A DNA stretch of 64,000 nucleotides from positions 92,814,001-92,878,000 of the forward strand of contig NC_043002.1 in NCBI RefSeq assembly GCF_006345805.1, given 5' to 3'. The translations under genes and the position numbers were made by a program. Positions within the stretch are counted from its first letter, which is position 1, and each line of letters opens with the position of its first letter. This document shows, piece after piece, positions 12,342 to 25,132 of the stretch. The notes beneath the pieces are model-generated. The model was not told where the DNA came from and searched no databases. It saw only the letters and a program-made list of their open reading frames with translations. Source of the stretch: Octopus sinensis (taxonomy: Eukaryota).

Positions 12342-13102
12342 TACATACATACAAATATCGGTTTCGAGTTTTGGTACAAGGTAATTTCGGGTGCGGCGTG
12401 GTGTAAGTCGATGATATTGACACCAATGATCAATTGGTGTTTATTTTATCGACCCCGTAAGGTAGAAAGGCAAAGTCAACCTTGGTGGCATTTGAACGCA
12501 GAACGTAAACACGCATGAAATGCTGCTAAGCATTTTGCCCGATACGGTAACGATTCAGCCAGCTCGCTGCCGTTCATACATACAAATAAAAAAAATTAAA
12601 AAACTAAACATAAAAGCAACACACACATACGCACACAGATACATGTACACACACAAATACACACACCACACACACACACACACACAACACACACACACAC
12701 ACACATACGCACACATACACACACATACACACATACTCAGAATCTCTCTCCCTCACACACACGCGCGCGCGTGTGCGTTGTCAAAGCGTCGTATCGCGCA
12801 GCTTATTTGCAATGTTTACTCCAGCTTTCTTCGATCTGAGTTCAAATCTCGACGTGGTCGTCTTTACCTTTCAAGATCAAAATATATGAAGTACGAAATA
12901 GCCGTAGGGGATACCTTACGGTTATTTGTATAATCTGATGACAGTATCTGCGATGGTGCTAGTGCCAATCTGCATCGTCCCATGAGAAACAGAATAGAGG
13001 TAAGGGCAATAAAAAGGGGTCATTTGCATTCGTATAAACTGACCCTGTATCTAGTGTGTATCTGACCCGTACAACTCCAAGCTATATATACAGTGATATA
13101 CA

Positions 13103-13519
13103 AGCGCAGGAGTGGCTGTGTGGTAAGTAGTTTCCTTACCAACCACATGGTTCCGAGTTCAGTCCCGCTGCGTGGCACCTTGGGCAAGTGTCTTCTACTA
13201 TAGCTTCGGGCCGACCAAAGCCTTGTTAATGGATTTGGTAGAAGGAAAATGAAAGAAGCAGTCGTATATATGTATATGTATATATGTGTATGTGTATTTG
13301 TGTGTCTCTGTTTCCCCCCACCTCACCCAACATAGCTTGACAACCGATGCTAGTGTGTTTACGTCCCCGTAGCCTAGCGGTTCGGCAAAAAGGGACCGAT
13401 AGAATAAGTAACTAGGCTTGCGAAAATAAGTCCTGGGGTCGATTTCCTCGACTAAAAGCGGTGCTCCAGCATGGCCGTAGTCAAATGACTGAAACAAGTA
13501 AAAGAGAGTAAAAGAGAGT
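13103..13519 (+). mobile_element. SINE family A, full length
   Basis: Same head, CORE and tail as 6380-6792; tail ends in AAAAGAGAGT repeats. Confidence 0.9.
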
Positions 13520-13628
13520 GAGAATTTAACTCGACGCTGCAAATTCTAGGCGATGCCTCTAATATTTCCTTGTTTTTCTGGCATTGTCAGAAAGCGAAGC
13601 ATTCGGGGAAATGGAAATAGTTGCTTAA

Positions 13629-13849
13629 CCCTTTAGTGTTTAAACCGGCCAAATCCAGCCCAATATATTCTACATGTTTTATATTCAAACTGGCGATATC
13701 TAGCCTCTCACTCCTAACCTACAATGCCATTCTGAAAATAAGCAATCACATCATTGAAACCTCAAAGCTATAAGATAATGCATGATTAATTCAAAACAAT
13801 TTGAGTGAAAAAGTATTACATTTAACAGAGTATTCTGAACACTAAAGGG
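13629..13849. mobile_element. piggyBac-type MITE (221 bp)
   Basis: TTAA|CCCTTTAGTGTT ... AACACTAAAGGG|TTAA: 12-bp TIRs with a TTAA target duplication. Confidence 0.85.
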
Positions 13850-14043
13850 TTAAATTAACCATAGTGTTAAGTTGGTAATTCTTTTCTTGAATATTTAACA
13901 ATGAAAAGTATAGCTAACGTCGAGTGGATTTGAATTCGGAATATAAAAAGGCCTAACTGAATGTTCAACTCTCTACCGATTCTATGAATCTCTCGCCCTT
14001 TCTCTATTAACAGAACGTTTACCCACAGAGGGACAACAGTTTT

Positions 14044-14427
14044 GGATCTTTTCGGTTTGAACGGCAGTTTTTTTCTAGCGGTATCATATGAAATTGTTTT
14101 AGGGTTATGGGTTAGTTAGGGTTAGGGGTGGGGGGAGGGTATCTGTTTTTCTTCAGAAATGTAAATAAACCCAATCTGTTTCTTAAACGAGGGACATATT
14201 CATACGGCACAGAATGTTTTTTTTTACCTCAATGGACGTCAGTGATTGGTTGAAATTGCAGAAATTGAAGAAAAAAAACAACAAATATCTTACAAACTGT
14301 AGAATTTTCTCAATAAAGCCAAGAGAAAAAGATGTTTTATAAACACATTCTACCAGTATACGAAGTTTAAAATTTTTTAGTTACCTAGAAATTATGTTAA
14401 AAACTGCCGTTCAAACCGAAAAGATCC
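14044..14427. mobile_element. MITE with ~29-bp TIRs and a telomere-like/G-rich insert, copy 1
   Basis: TIR GGATCTTTTCGGTTTGAACGGCAGTTTTT / AAAAACTGCCGTTCAAACCGAAAAGATCC; 7-bp flanking duplication ACAGTTT. Confidence 0.9.
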
Positions 14428-14760
14428 ACAGTTTTTCATACACAGTCATACATTTGTCGACACACAGAGCACAGTCTTTCATACACCCTCCCACACATTT
14501 CTCTACACACGGACCATAGTTTTTCATGCGCTGCATCATATATTTGTCGACACATGGTCGACAGTTATTCATACACCCTATCGTGCATTTGTCCATAAGC
14601 GGACCATAGTTTTTCATACAAAGTATCATACATTTGTCCACATGTGGACCATAGTTTTTTTTTATACACCGTATCATATCGTTCCTTTGTCCACAAACGG
14701 ACCAATTTTTCATATACACTATCATACATTTGTCCACATATGGACAACAGTTTTTCGAAC
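14428..14760. repeat. Diverged ~45-bp tandem repeat (about 7 units) with a palindromic core
   Basis: Approximate consensus CATACATTTGTCCACACATGGACCATAGTTTTTCATACACCGTAT; a partial unit precedes the MITE at ~14020-14043. Confidence 0.85.
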
Positions 14761-15345
14761 AACATACGATAAGCCTCCGTTCATTCAGTGAAATAATTCT
14801 CGCTCATATTCATATGGAAGCCATTCAGCTGACTGAAAAAATAATTTACCTCATACAGTGAAATTTTACTACAGAAGTATACATTTATCAATTCTCTTCA
14901 CCTCTACCGCTGTAATTACAAAGGGATTCTTCTCGGGGGGTTTCTAGCTCCGTTAAAGCTATTATGCTCCACCTGCCAGCTCTCTTTTCATTATTCTTAC
15001 CTTGTATCTCTTCATTACATCAACATACTGAAAACAGCATGTTCAGTTATTCCTCTAAGAACTTTGTTTCTTTTGTTGGACTCATTATTTTATACATGTT
15101 CTTCTCTGTGCAAACATCTAGGAGAGACAAAGAGAAAGACAGAGGTGGGGGGAAAGAGGAAGGGAAGACAAACAAGGAGAAAGGGGTATGCAGCACGGGT
15201 ATGAGTAGAGGAGAGGTGAAAGGGAAGTATTAAACTGCATCAAACTAACTTACAGCCCCGTACGCTTTTGTATATTGCGGGACACCAACAGCGACGCAAC
15301 CAGCTCTGGTGCCAGATATTAGCACACCCTAGTAGCACAGGCGAT

Positions 15346-15386
<41 letters not shown>

Positions 15387-15421
15387 ATTGCACATACACA
15401 CGCACACATATACATAAATGT

Positions 15422-15645
15422 ATAAGGCGGCGAGCTGGCAGAGACGTTAGCACGCCGGGCGAAATGCGTAGCCGGATTTCGTCTGCCGCTACGTTGTGAG
15501 TTCAAATTCCGCCGAGGTCGACTTTACCTTTCATCCTTTCGGGGTCGATTAAATAAGTACCAGTTACGCACTGAGGTCGATATGATCGACTTAATCCGTT
15601 TGTTTGTCCTCTCTGTGTTTAGCCCCTTGTGGGTAGTAAAGAAAT
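15422..15645 (+). mobile_element. SINE family B monomer, full length, 14-bp TSD
   Basis: Head AAGGCGGCGAGCTGGCAGAGACGTTAGC, B-box-like GTTCAAATTCC; TSD ATATACATAAATGT at 15408-15421 and 15646-15659. Confidence 0.9.
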
Positions 15646-15779
15646 ATATACATAAATGTGCGTGTATGTATATATGTATGTATGTATGTATGTATGAATG
15701 TATGTATGTATGTATGTATGTATCAGGTCATACCATAAGTTCTGTCATACCATAAGTTATTGTTACTCCAACCGGTCTA

Positions 15780-16003
15780 TCATCGACAGAATGTTACCAG
15801 TCCGGCCTTTTTCTACCGTTATTTCTACACACGTTATCCAAATGAACTTCATTGTCCGGTGCTGTCAGTCTGGGATTTTCCATTAGAACTCAGTTTGGCA
15901 AATTTAACGAACTACATCTTTGCTTCTTGCACATATCAGGAACATGTTACAAGTTCCATGCACAAAGCGTTTTACCCCAGAGCAGCTAAATTACTGAATA
16001 AAA

Positions 16004-16005
<2 letters not shown>
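15780..16005 (+). mobile_element. Possible L2/CR1-type LINE 3' end
   Basis: SSMHKAFYPRAAKLLNK resembles the SFYP.A.RLLN terminal motif of L2-type ORF2. Confidence 0.35.
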
Positions 16006-16057
<52 letters not shown>

Positions 16058-16440
16058 ACTCAATATGACTTTGATTTCCTTAAATTCACAAATAACAAGT
16101 ACCTTATCCAATATTGATTTCAAATTTTAACCCGAGACCACCGATTTCGGGTGGGGGAGGTAAGTCGATTACATCAACTGGTTTACATCAATTTTATCGA
16201 CACCGAAAGGATGAAAGGCAAAGCTAACCTCGGCGGCATTTGAACTCAGAACGTAAAGTCTGAAGAAATTCTGCTAAGCATTTTGTCCGACACAGCAACA
16301 ATTCTGCCAGCTCACCGCCTTGTCTAATATTAGCAGTTTCCTGCTCTCTAATATTTTCATCGGTTCTTTTATTACCAATCCATTTCATTTCTTTGTATTA
16401 GCTCCTTTATCTTCATTTCACAATATCTTATTTCCATTAG

Positions 16441-16855
16441 GGATCTTTTCGGTTTGAACGGCAGTTTTTTCTAGCGGTGTCATGTGAAATTGTCACCCAT
16501 AATTATGACCCTAGTATCGATCTATTGCATTTCAATCTGTTTTAGGGTTAGGGGTGGGGGAAGGGTATCTTTCTTTCGTCACAAATGTTTTTTCGTCACA
16601 ATCTGTTTTTATACGAGGGACATATTCATTTGGCACTGAATGGGGTTTTTTTTTTACCTTAAAAGACGTCATTGATTGGTTGAAATTGCAGAAATTGAAG
16701 AAAAAAAAACAAATATCTTACAAACCGTAGAATTTTCTCAATAAAGCCAAGGGAAAAAGATGTTTTATAAACACATTCTACCAGTATACGAAGTTTAACA
16801 TTTTTTAGTTACCTAGAAATTATGTTAAAAACTGCCGTTCAAACCGAAAAGATCC
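16441..16855. mobile_element. MITE with ~29-bp TIRs, copy 2, 8-bp TSD
   Basis: Same TIRs and body as 14044-14427; TSD TCCATTAG at 16433-16440 and 16856-16863. Confidence 0.9.
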
Positions 16856-17352
16856 TCCATTAGTTCTTTTATTGCCATATCATCGTATTTCATTTAAATC
16901 TTTTATGAATTATCTTTTTGCCATCTTCAATCCGCTTTCTAAAATATGGAGGTGTACAAAGAGTTCAGTGGCATTAATGCCACTCCTAACTCTGCTAGAA
17001 GTGGCCTATAGCCTGCAAGTGATTCTTAAAAATCTAAGAAAAAATTGGAGTATTTAATCGATTAAGGTACTCATTGACTCAACAGGGAGTCGGCGCTGTA
17101 ATTGTACGTTTATGGAAATTACATAAACGAGAAGAATGTACGAGAGACATCTTATTTTATAAAATATGGACATTCTGTTGAGGCCATGATGATTATTCAC
17201 TACATCAGCCGCTTTTGAAACAAATAAAAAATTACTCTTTTAGTCAAACATTAAATAGCAGTTGTTGATATCACAAATGATTTGTATATAAATCAACCAG
17301 GAACAAGAAAAAGAACGATGTTATCATTGAGAAATAACTGTCCAAGAAAATT

Positions 17353-17426
<74 letters not shown>

Positions 17427-17639
17427 CGGGGGCAGGCGCTTTAACACGCATCGCTGCATTCGCCATTTTATTGGTGATTCTGTACTCCTAGCGGATAACA
17501 CCTTTGCATCATTTAGGCGACAACCTTCCAGCCAATGGGTCGTTGCTGGTGAGGGTTTTACGAGATCGGAGAGCAAATCTTACCTCAACATTTTTTATCG
17601 ACTTTTACGACACACAGAGAAAATGTATATTTTTTGACA

Positions 17640-17950
17640 TGCCGACCCTCAAACAAATTCCGCCATTCATCCTTTCAGGGTTGATAAATTAAGTACCAGT
17701 TATACACTGGGGTCGATATAATCGACTTAATCCGTCTGTCTGTCCTTGTTTGTCTCCTCTGTGTTTAGCCCCTTGTGGGTAGAGAAAAGAAATAGGTATT
17801 TCGTCAGTGATACGTTCTAAGTTCAAATTCCGCCGAGGTCGACTTTGCCTTTTATCCTTTCGGGGTCGATAAATTAAGAGCCAACCAAGTAGTGGGATCG
17901 ATGTAATCGACTGTCCTCCTCCCCACAAATTCCAGACATTGAGCCTATAA
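17640..17950 (+). mobile_element. SINE family B, degraded dimer-type copy
   Basis: Body, then junction GAAATAGGTATTTC (17789-17802), then a second body with the alternative tail. Confidence 0.75.
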
Positions 17951-17964
17951 TAGAAAGGGTTATT

Positions 17965-18912
17965 ATTATCATTGTTATTCAGTAGTCTTATTTTTATCAC
18001 GTGCTTTCACTGCACAACCGAGGGCAGTTCTGTGTGCCTTGGGTATGTGTTGTGGTTTGCTGTGGTGTTCTTATTTTCAGCGTATTGAAAGTGTTTTACG
18101 GAGGATGTGTGCGGTTCCTAGTAGTGCTATTTTCTGTATACTGTATATACTTGCAAATCCTGGAGTTTTTGTTATGTATTTGTCTGAATGTTTTGTTTTT
18201 TTTTATCATGCTTAATGCGCCTGATATAATTGGAATTGTTTCTGCTTTTAGGCTCCACATTCGAGTTATTTCTATTTCCGAATATTTCTATTTTGAAAGT
18301 TTCTCCGTTTCTTCTAGAGAAACATTGTTATCTGTTGGTATTGATACATCAATTAGAAAGCATTTTTTTCTTCTTGGTGATCTTTGACAACTATATCCGG
18401 CCTATTAACCTAGATTTCTCTATCTGTGTGTATCGGCATATCCCAGAGTATGGTTGCTTTCTCATTTTCTGTGACCTTTTCTGAGATGTACCTATACCAT
18501 CTATTTTCTATTGATATTCCATAGTGTTGGCATAGCTTCCAGTGTATATAGGTTCCAACTCTGTCATGTCTGTGAATATATTCCTTCTTAGCTAGGACTT
18601 GGCAGCCAGAGAAAACATGATTTATCGTTTCTTCTCCATCACCAATTGTTCTACAGTTGCTTGTTGTAATTTTTTTCATCATGTAATTTTGCTGATTTCT
18701 GGTGAGAAGGCTTTGATCTTGTACTGCAATTAAAAATCCTTCAGTCTCTGCTTTGAGACCTGAGCTTCTCAGCCATAGTTGAGATTTTGCTTTGTCAATT
18801 TATTTTCTGATTACTTTAACCCAATATTTGCTATGAAGAGTTTTTTTCTTGCCATCATTTTATCATGATCCGTTGCTGTTCCAGTTTTAGTTTGGATTTC
18901 AGTTGTTCTACA
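17965..18912 (-). mobile_element. R4/Dong-like LINE, (TAA)n-associated family, 5'-truncated copy 1 (CCHC + REL)
   Basis: CRTIGDGEETINHVFSGCQVLAKKEYIHRHDRVGTYIHWKLCQHYG...ILWDMPIHTDREI...CFLIDVSIPTD; 5' break lies at the (TAA)n tract 18915-19050. Confidence 0.9.
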
Positions 18913-18932
18913 GTTTATTATTATTATTATTA

Positions 18933-18973
<41 letters not shown>

Positions 18974-18984
18974 TATTATTATTA

Positions 18985-19053
<69 letters not shown>

Positions 19054-19119
19054 CAACATCATCATCATCATCATCAACATCATCATTATTATTTTCATAT
19101 ACACACACAACAGATTAAA

Positions 19120-20217
19120 CTGTAAAAAAAGAAAAAATCCTAACATCAGGCTACAAAAATCAACCTTAGACGCCAAGAACCCTAGCTGTCCCTGGTAACA
19201 CTGTTTTCTGGAGCTGTACTAAATTGGGATTCATGCCTATTTCCTCTATCCCTCTGTTCAGATCTTTAGGGGTAGTTCCCAGTGCACCTATAACCACTAG
19301 GATACATTTTACCGGCACTTTCCATAATCTCTGTAATTCAATGGCTAGGTCCTGGTAGTTTGCTATTTTTCTATACCACTCATGTTGATTTTTTCATCAT
19401 TTGGGACTGTAAAGTTAATTATGTGGCACTTTCTGTTCCCTTTATCTACTACTATTCAGTCTGAATATTAAAGTCCCGCAACGTCGTGTATTTCTCACTT
19501 TCTAATACTTTACTAGGTTCATGTTCAAACCATTTATTAGTATGTTCAGATTCTGGCTTGCTACATAACTCCCAGGGGATTACACTCCTAGGTTGTCATG
19601 TCTTTTCTTGTATTCTTTCTGTACCAACATGCTACATTCACCTACTATATGAATAACGCTTTCCTCTCTTGATTTGCATAACTTACATTGGGAATCTAAT
19701 TGGTTACTGTCTATCTTGGCTTTTATCCAATTAGTCTTTGATGCTTGATCTTAGGCAGTTACTAACAAACTTTCTGTCTCCCTTTTCAGCTTTCCTTTCA
19801 GCAAACATAACCATGTATCACAATTACTATTTGTTGCAACTATCTTTGTTCCAACGCCTTCTGCCAGTCAGATAATTTCTGTTCTTTTTTCTGGCTTTTA
19901 GCTTCATTTGGGTTTTTGGTTTCTTTATGTCTTGCTGTGACTCTAGCAGCTTATTACCTAGATAGGAATCTATATCTACTCTGTTAAACTCCACGCAGTC
20001 TTCTACTGATATTAACCCTCTTCCACTTTCCTTTCTAGGTAAGTATAATCTTGCTACTCCTGCCCTTGCTTGGAGTCCTTCATTCGTATTGAATTTCTTT
20101 CTTTTTCTTCTGTCTAACTTTGCTAATTCAGTTTTTGTCCAATCTACAGAAGCTGCTGAGTATCTAAGTAATGATACTGCCCAAGTATTTACAGCCTTCA
20201 AGAGATTCGGACCATTT
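19120..20217 (-). mobile_element. R4/Dong-like LINE, (TAA)n-associated family, 5'-truncated copy 2
   Basis: NLLKAVNTWAVSLLRYSAASVDWTKTELAKLDRR...ARLYLPRKESGRGL; C-terminus YQDLAIELQRLWKVPVKCILVVIGALG; 5' break lies at (TAA)n from 20218. Confidence 0.9.
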
Positions 20218-20236
20218 ATTATTATTATTATTATTA

Positions 20237-20309
<73 letters not shown>

Positions 20310-20310
<1 letters not shown>

Positions 20311-20526
20311 AGACGGCGGGCTGATAGAATCGCCAGAACGGTGGATGAAATGGTTAGCGGCATTTCGCCCGTCGCTACGTACTGAGTTCAAATTCCGTCG
20401 AGGTCGATTTTGCCTTTCATCCTTTCGAGGTCGATAAATTAAACACCGGTGAAACACTGGGGTAGATATAATAAATTTCAGGCAAATTTCAGGCAAATTT
20501 CAGGCCTTGTCCCTATAATAGAAAGG

Positions 20527-20597
<71 letters not shown>

Positions 20598-20820
20598 CAT
20601 CATCATTATTATTATTACACCAGTCTTTAAGGGCAGCGATTTGGCAGAATCGTTAGTACGCCAGGCAAAATGCCAGATGGCATTTCGTCTGTCTTTACGT
20701 TCTGAGTTAAAATGCTGCCAGGGTCGACTTTGCCTTTCATTTTTTTGGTGTCGATAAAATAAGTATCAGTTGAACTCTCTTCCCACAAAATTGCTGGATT
20801 TGTGCCAAAATTTGAAGCCA
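20310..20820 (+). mobile_element. Two SINE family B copies (alternative tail) separated by (TAT)n
   Basis: Heads at ~20310 and ~20628 followed by the family B core. Confidence 0.75.
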
Positions 20821-21756
20821 ATTATCTACCCTAATTTTCCAAATTTAATTGCGCAAAGAATTCTTACAGGAGGTGGTCATTAGCGTGTCACAAGTGGAAC
20901 CTAATGAAGTAGACATACAATCAAAGCTATTCCAAGGATTACCGTCCTTTTCTTTATTTCTTTCTTTCTTTCTTTTTGTTCTTTGCTTTTTTACGATGCG
21001 ACGTAGTCTATCTTGAGCAGCATTATCCAATATTCCTTGTTTTAGTCTTCTTTTAAATTTTAGTGTGATATCACCGAGATGAAACTACTATTCTCATTCC
21101 GAGTGTCTCTATAGAATCTCCTTTAGGATTCTCTGCCAGACTAACTATTTGTCTTTTAGCCTCCTTCCCCATCTCTCTGCCTCTCCCTCCCTCTCTCTTT
21201 CGCTCATTCTCCCTCTCTCTTTCGCTCATTCTCCCTCTCTCTTTCGCGCATTCTCCCTCTCTCTTTCGCTCATTCTCCCTCTCTCAATCTACCTATCTGT
21301 TTGTCTCTCCTTCCCCCTCTCTCTCTCTCTCTCTCGTAAACTAAAATGTTACGTTGTCTCCCGAATCCAACACAAAACTGAAGAATGAAAACAAATAAAA
21401 TATATAAAAATAAATGTTCCTTTTATTCAATTATAGTAAAGTCCTGAATCCCAGGAAACTGGGAAGGACCTGTGTCAGCAACAATTAATCCTTTTATCCA
21501 ATTATTTTACGGTCATAAAAACGAAGAAGAAGGAGGAGCAAAAACTGAAAATTTAACGATTCCATTAAAATTTTACTGTTTCATTTTTCAAGTAAAGACT
21601 TTATAAAAACCTTAAATATTGAATAAAGATATTTTCTTGTCATTACTCAACATTGTGGTAGCATTCGCCACGTTTCTTTACTCATCATTACACTACATGG
21701 AACCACTTTTTCCAAACTGTACGCTGCAGTACACTGGTATGTGACGAAATTTAGCT

Positions 21757-21970
21757 ACTCTTCTACTCTTTTACTTGTTTCAGTCATTTGACTGCGGCCA
21801 TGCTGTAGCACCGCCTTTAGTCAAGCAAATCGACCCCGGGACTTATTCTTTGTAAGCCCAGTACTTATTCTATCGGTCTCTTTTGCCGAACCGCTAAGTG
21901 ACGGGGACGTAAACACACCAGCATCGGTTGTCAAGCATTGCTAGGGGGACAAACACCAGAACACAAACAT

Positions 21971-22025
<55 letters not shown>

Positions 22026-22185
22026 TACGACAGGCTTCTTTCAGTTTCCGTCTACCAAATCCACTCACAAGGCATTGGTCGGCCCGGGGCTATAGCAGAA
22101 GACACTTGCCCAAGATGCCACGCAGTGGGACTGTACCAGGAAACATGTGGTTCGTTAGCAAGCTACTTACCACACAGCCACTCCT
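21757..22185 (-). mobile_element. SINE family A
   Basis: Co-linear with 6380-6792. Confidence 0.9.
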
Positions 22186-22199
22186 AGATATATCACAAA

Positions 22200-22897
22200 A
22201 ATAATTCTTTCAACAATAAGTATAGGGCCCGATTTTGGGGAGTTTAGAATGGGTCCTTGTTAGTTACATCGATACCAGTGCTTCACTGTTATTTATTTTA
22301 TCGATTCCGAAAGAAATGAAAAGCAATGTCGACCTCGGCGAAATTTTAACTGAGAACGTAAAACCGGAAGAAATGCCGCTTAAATTTTTGTCTGAGGCTC
22401 TAACGTATCTGCCAGTTCACTGGTTATGTGTCACAAAAAAATAATTCTTTCTACTATAGGTACAAAGCCTGAAATTTGCGAAGATAGGATAGATGGTTAC
22501 ATCAACTTCAGTGCACGACTGGTACTTATACGAAAGAATGAAAGGCAATGTCGATCTCGGAAGAAATGCCGCTAATTTTTTTCTTTGAAAGGCGGCGAGC
22601 AGGCAGAAACGTTAGCACGCCGGACGAAATGCCTAGCTGTATTTCGTCTGTCTTTACGTTCTGAGTTCAAATTCAGCCGAGGTCGACTTTGCCTTTCATC
22701 CTTGCGGGGTCTATAAATTAAGTACCAGTTGCGTACTGGGGTCGATCTAATCGACTGGTCCCTTCCCCAAAAATTTCGGGCCTTGTGCCAAGAGCAGAAA
22801 CGAATTTTTTTTCTTTGATGTCCTAAACGTTCGCTGGCTATGTCACACACACACAAACACACACATACACACACATACACACACACACATACACACA

Positions 22898-22957
<60 letters not shown>

Positions 22958-23090
22958 CCTTCTACTATAGGCACAAAATCTGAAATTTGTGGGGATTGAG
23001 AAGTCGATTACATCAATTCCAGTGCTCAGCTTGTACTTATTTTATCGACCCCGAAAGACAATGATGTCGACCTCGGCGGGATTTCAGTTT
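22200..23090. mobile_element. Cluster of SINE family B copies in both orientations (minus ~22200-22575 and ~22960-23090; plus 22588-22802)
   Basis: Repeated family B core motif GTCGACCTCGGCG / CGAGGTCGAC. Confidence 0.75.
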
Positions 23091-23172
23091 CAACTCTGAA
23101 CGTTCGGAGACGAAAAAAATCCCGCTAGACATGTTGTTCGATACGCTGACGCTTCCTTCAGCTCGCAGCCTA

Positions 23173-23582
23173 TTACTCGTTTACTTGTTTCAGTCATTTG
23201 ACTGCGGCCATGCTGGAGCACCGCCTTTAATCGAGCAAATCGACCCCGGGACTTATTCTTTGTAAGCCCAGTACTTATTCTATCGGTCTCTTTTGCCGAA
23301 CCGCTAAGTGACGGGGACGTAAACACACCAGCATCGGTTGTCAAGCAATGCTAGAGGGACAAACACAGACACACAAACATATACACACACATGCACATAT
23401 ATATATATACATATATACGACAGGCTTCTTTCAGTTTCCGTCTACCAAGTCCACTCACAAGGCTTTGGTCGGCCCGAGGCTATAGCAGAAGACACTTGCC
23501 CAAGATGCCACGCAGTGGGACTGAACCCGGAAGCATGTGGTTCGTAAACCAGCTACTTACCACACAGCCACTCCTGCGCCTA
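23173..23582 (-). mobile_element. SINE family A, full length
   Basis: Co-linear with the other family A copies. Confidence 0.9.
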
Positions 23583-24249
23583 TGTATCACAAAAAAAAAA
23601 AGAGAAAGAAACTAAATCATATTTTTTTTTAATTGTGCTCAACACAGATAGATTATAATACTATGCTGCATCTATTATATAAAAATAAGTAGTTTATAAC
23701 TTTCTACAATTCAAATTATTTCTGTAAAGTATGTAGAGAAAAAAAACCCCGTTATTTATAATATTTTGTGACTTAGCGTATAAAGCGTGCCAAAATATTT
23801 TTATTAGCTGTAAAGTGCACCGATTGTAAACGAGGTGAAAGGAAGCTGTTTTATAAAAGAACAAGAGTTTTCGCCTGTAACAGTTTAATCTTTGTTCTTT
23901 GTCTTCGACATCACAAGATTTGTGTCACTCGCAAGATTTGTGTCAACAATGTTTCGCTGCTGAACATCTCGACTATGTATGTATGTATGTTTCAGTGTGA
24001 AGAATTGTCAGCGTGTGCGTGCGTACGTGCGTGCGTGTGTGTGTGTTGGGGAGGGGTGCGCCTGGTGGGGGAGGGGGTGTGTGTGGTGTCATTTATTGCG
24101 CAGACTGTGTTCCTGTGTCTGTGTTTCTGTCTCGCTGCGCCCGTCAGTATATATATATGTGTGTACGTGTTTGTGTCTCTGTACGTACACTTCTATTTCT
24201 GTTTGCAAGCGCGCACGCGTGTGTGGTATGGGGCCATGTATTACGCAGT

Positions 24250-24289
<40 letters not shown>

Positions 24290-24589
24290 TTCTGTCTGTG
24301 TTTCTTATCTCACTGTGTCTATCAGTATGTCCGTATGTACGTGTGTGTGTGTGTGTGTGTATGTGTCTTTACGTACACGTGTATTTATGGCTGCGTGAGT
24401 ACGCGCGCGCGTATGTGTTTGTGTTGTTGTTGTTGTTGTGTGTGTGTGTGTGATGGGCGTATATGCGCATGCGTGCGCATGTGTGTCTCTTGAGTGACAG
24501 TGCAGATATTCATTTCTGTATCAAGCTGTATGAGTGGGTGTCTATGTATAGATGCGTGTTTCTACGTGTGCGTCCGTGTGTGTGTATGC

Positions 24590-24629
<40 letters not shown>

Positions 24630-25100
24630 GGTGTGTGTGTGGGTGTAAGTCTACGCGCGTGTGTTTCTGTGTGGGGTGTGCGGTGAGGAGGGTGGTTTGT
24701 GTGTCACGGCGTCTTTATGTGCAGACATGTACTTTTGTATGTCTGCATGCCTGTATGTCTGCATGCCTGTATGTCTGTATGTCTGTTTGTCTGTATGTCT
24801 GTATGTCTGTATGTCCGCCTCGGCTATGTATGTTGACGTGTATGTTCGCTGTCTACGGCGGTATTTTTTTTTAGCATGTTTGAGTAAGTGCGCGCATATG
24901 CATGTGCATGCGTGCATGTGTGGTGTGTGTGTGTGTGTGTGCGCGCGTGCGTCTGTATGTGCGGGTGTGTAAGCGGGTGTGCGCATGCGCTTACGTCTGC
25001 GACTCCGTAATGACGAGGACGACGGCGTTGGTTGGAGACGTCTATGATGACAACATTGACGATGATGATAACGATGAATGGAAAACAAGACAAATCCAGT

Positions 25101-25132
<32 letters not shown>

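Noticed and set aside
12934-12990. Hammerhead (CTGATGA ... GAAAC)
   Set aside because: Bases adjacent to the core boxes cannot close stem II, and no stem I/III pairing is evident.
14097-14135. Telomere or interstitial telomeric array
   Set aside because: Only a few degenerate TTAGGG units, lying inside a MITE present twice; not a chromosome end.
14428-14760. CRISPR-like array (regularly spaced palindromic repeats)
   Set aside because: The units are contiguous diverged tandem repeats with no unique spacers, there are no cas genes, and the context is eukaryotic.
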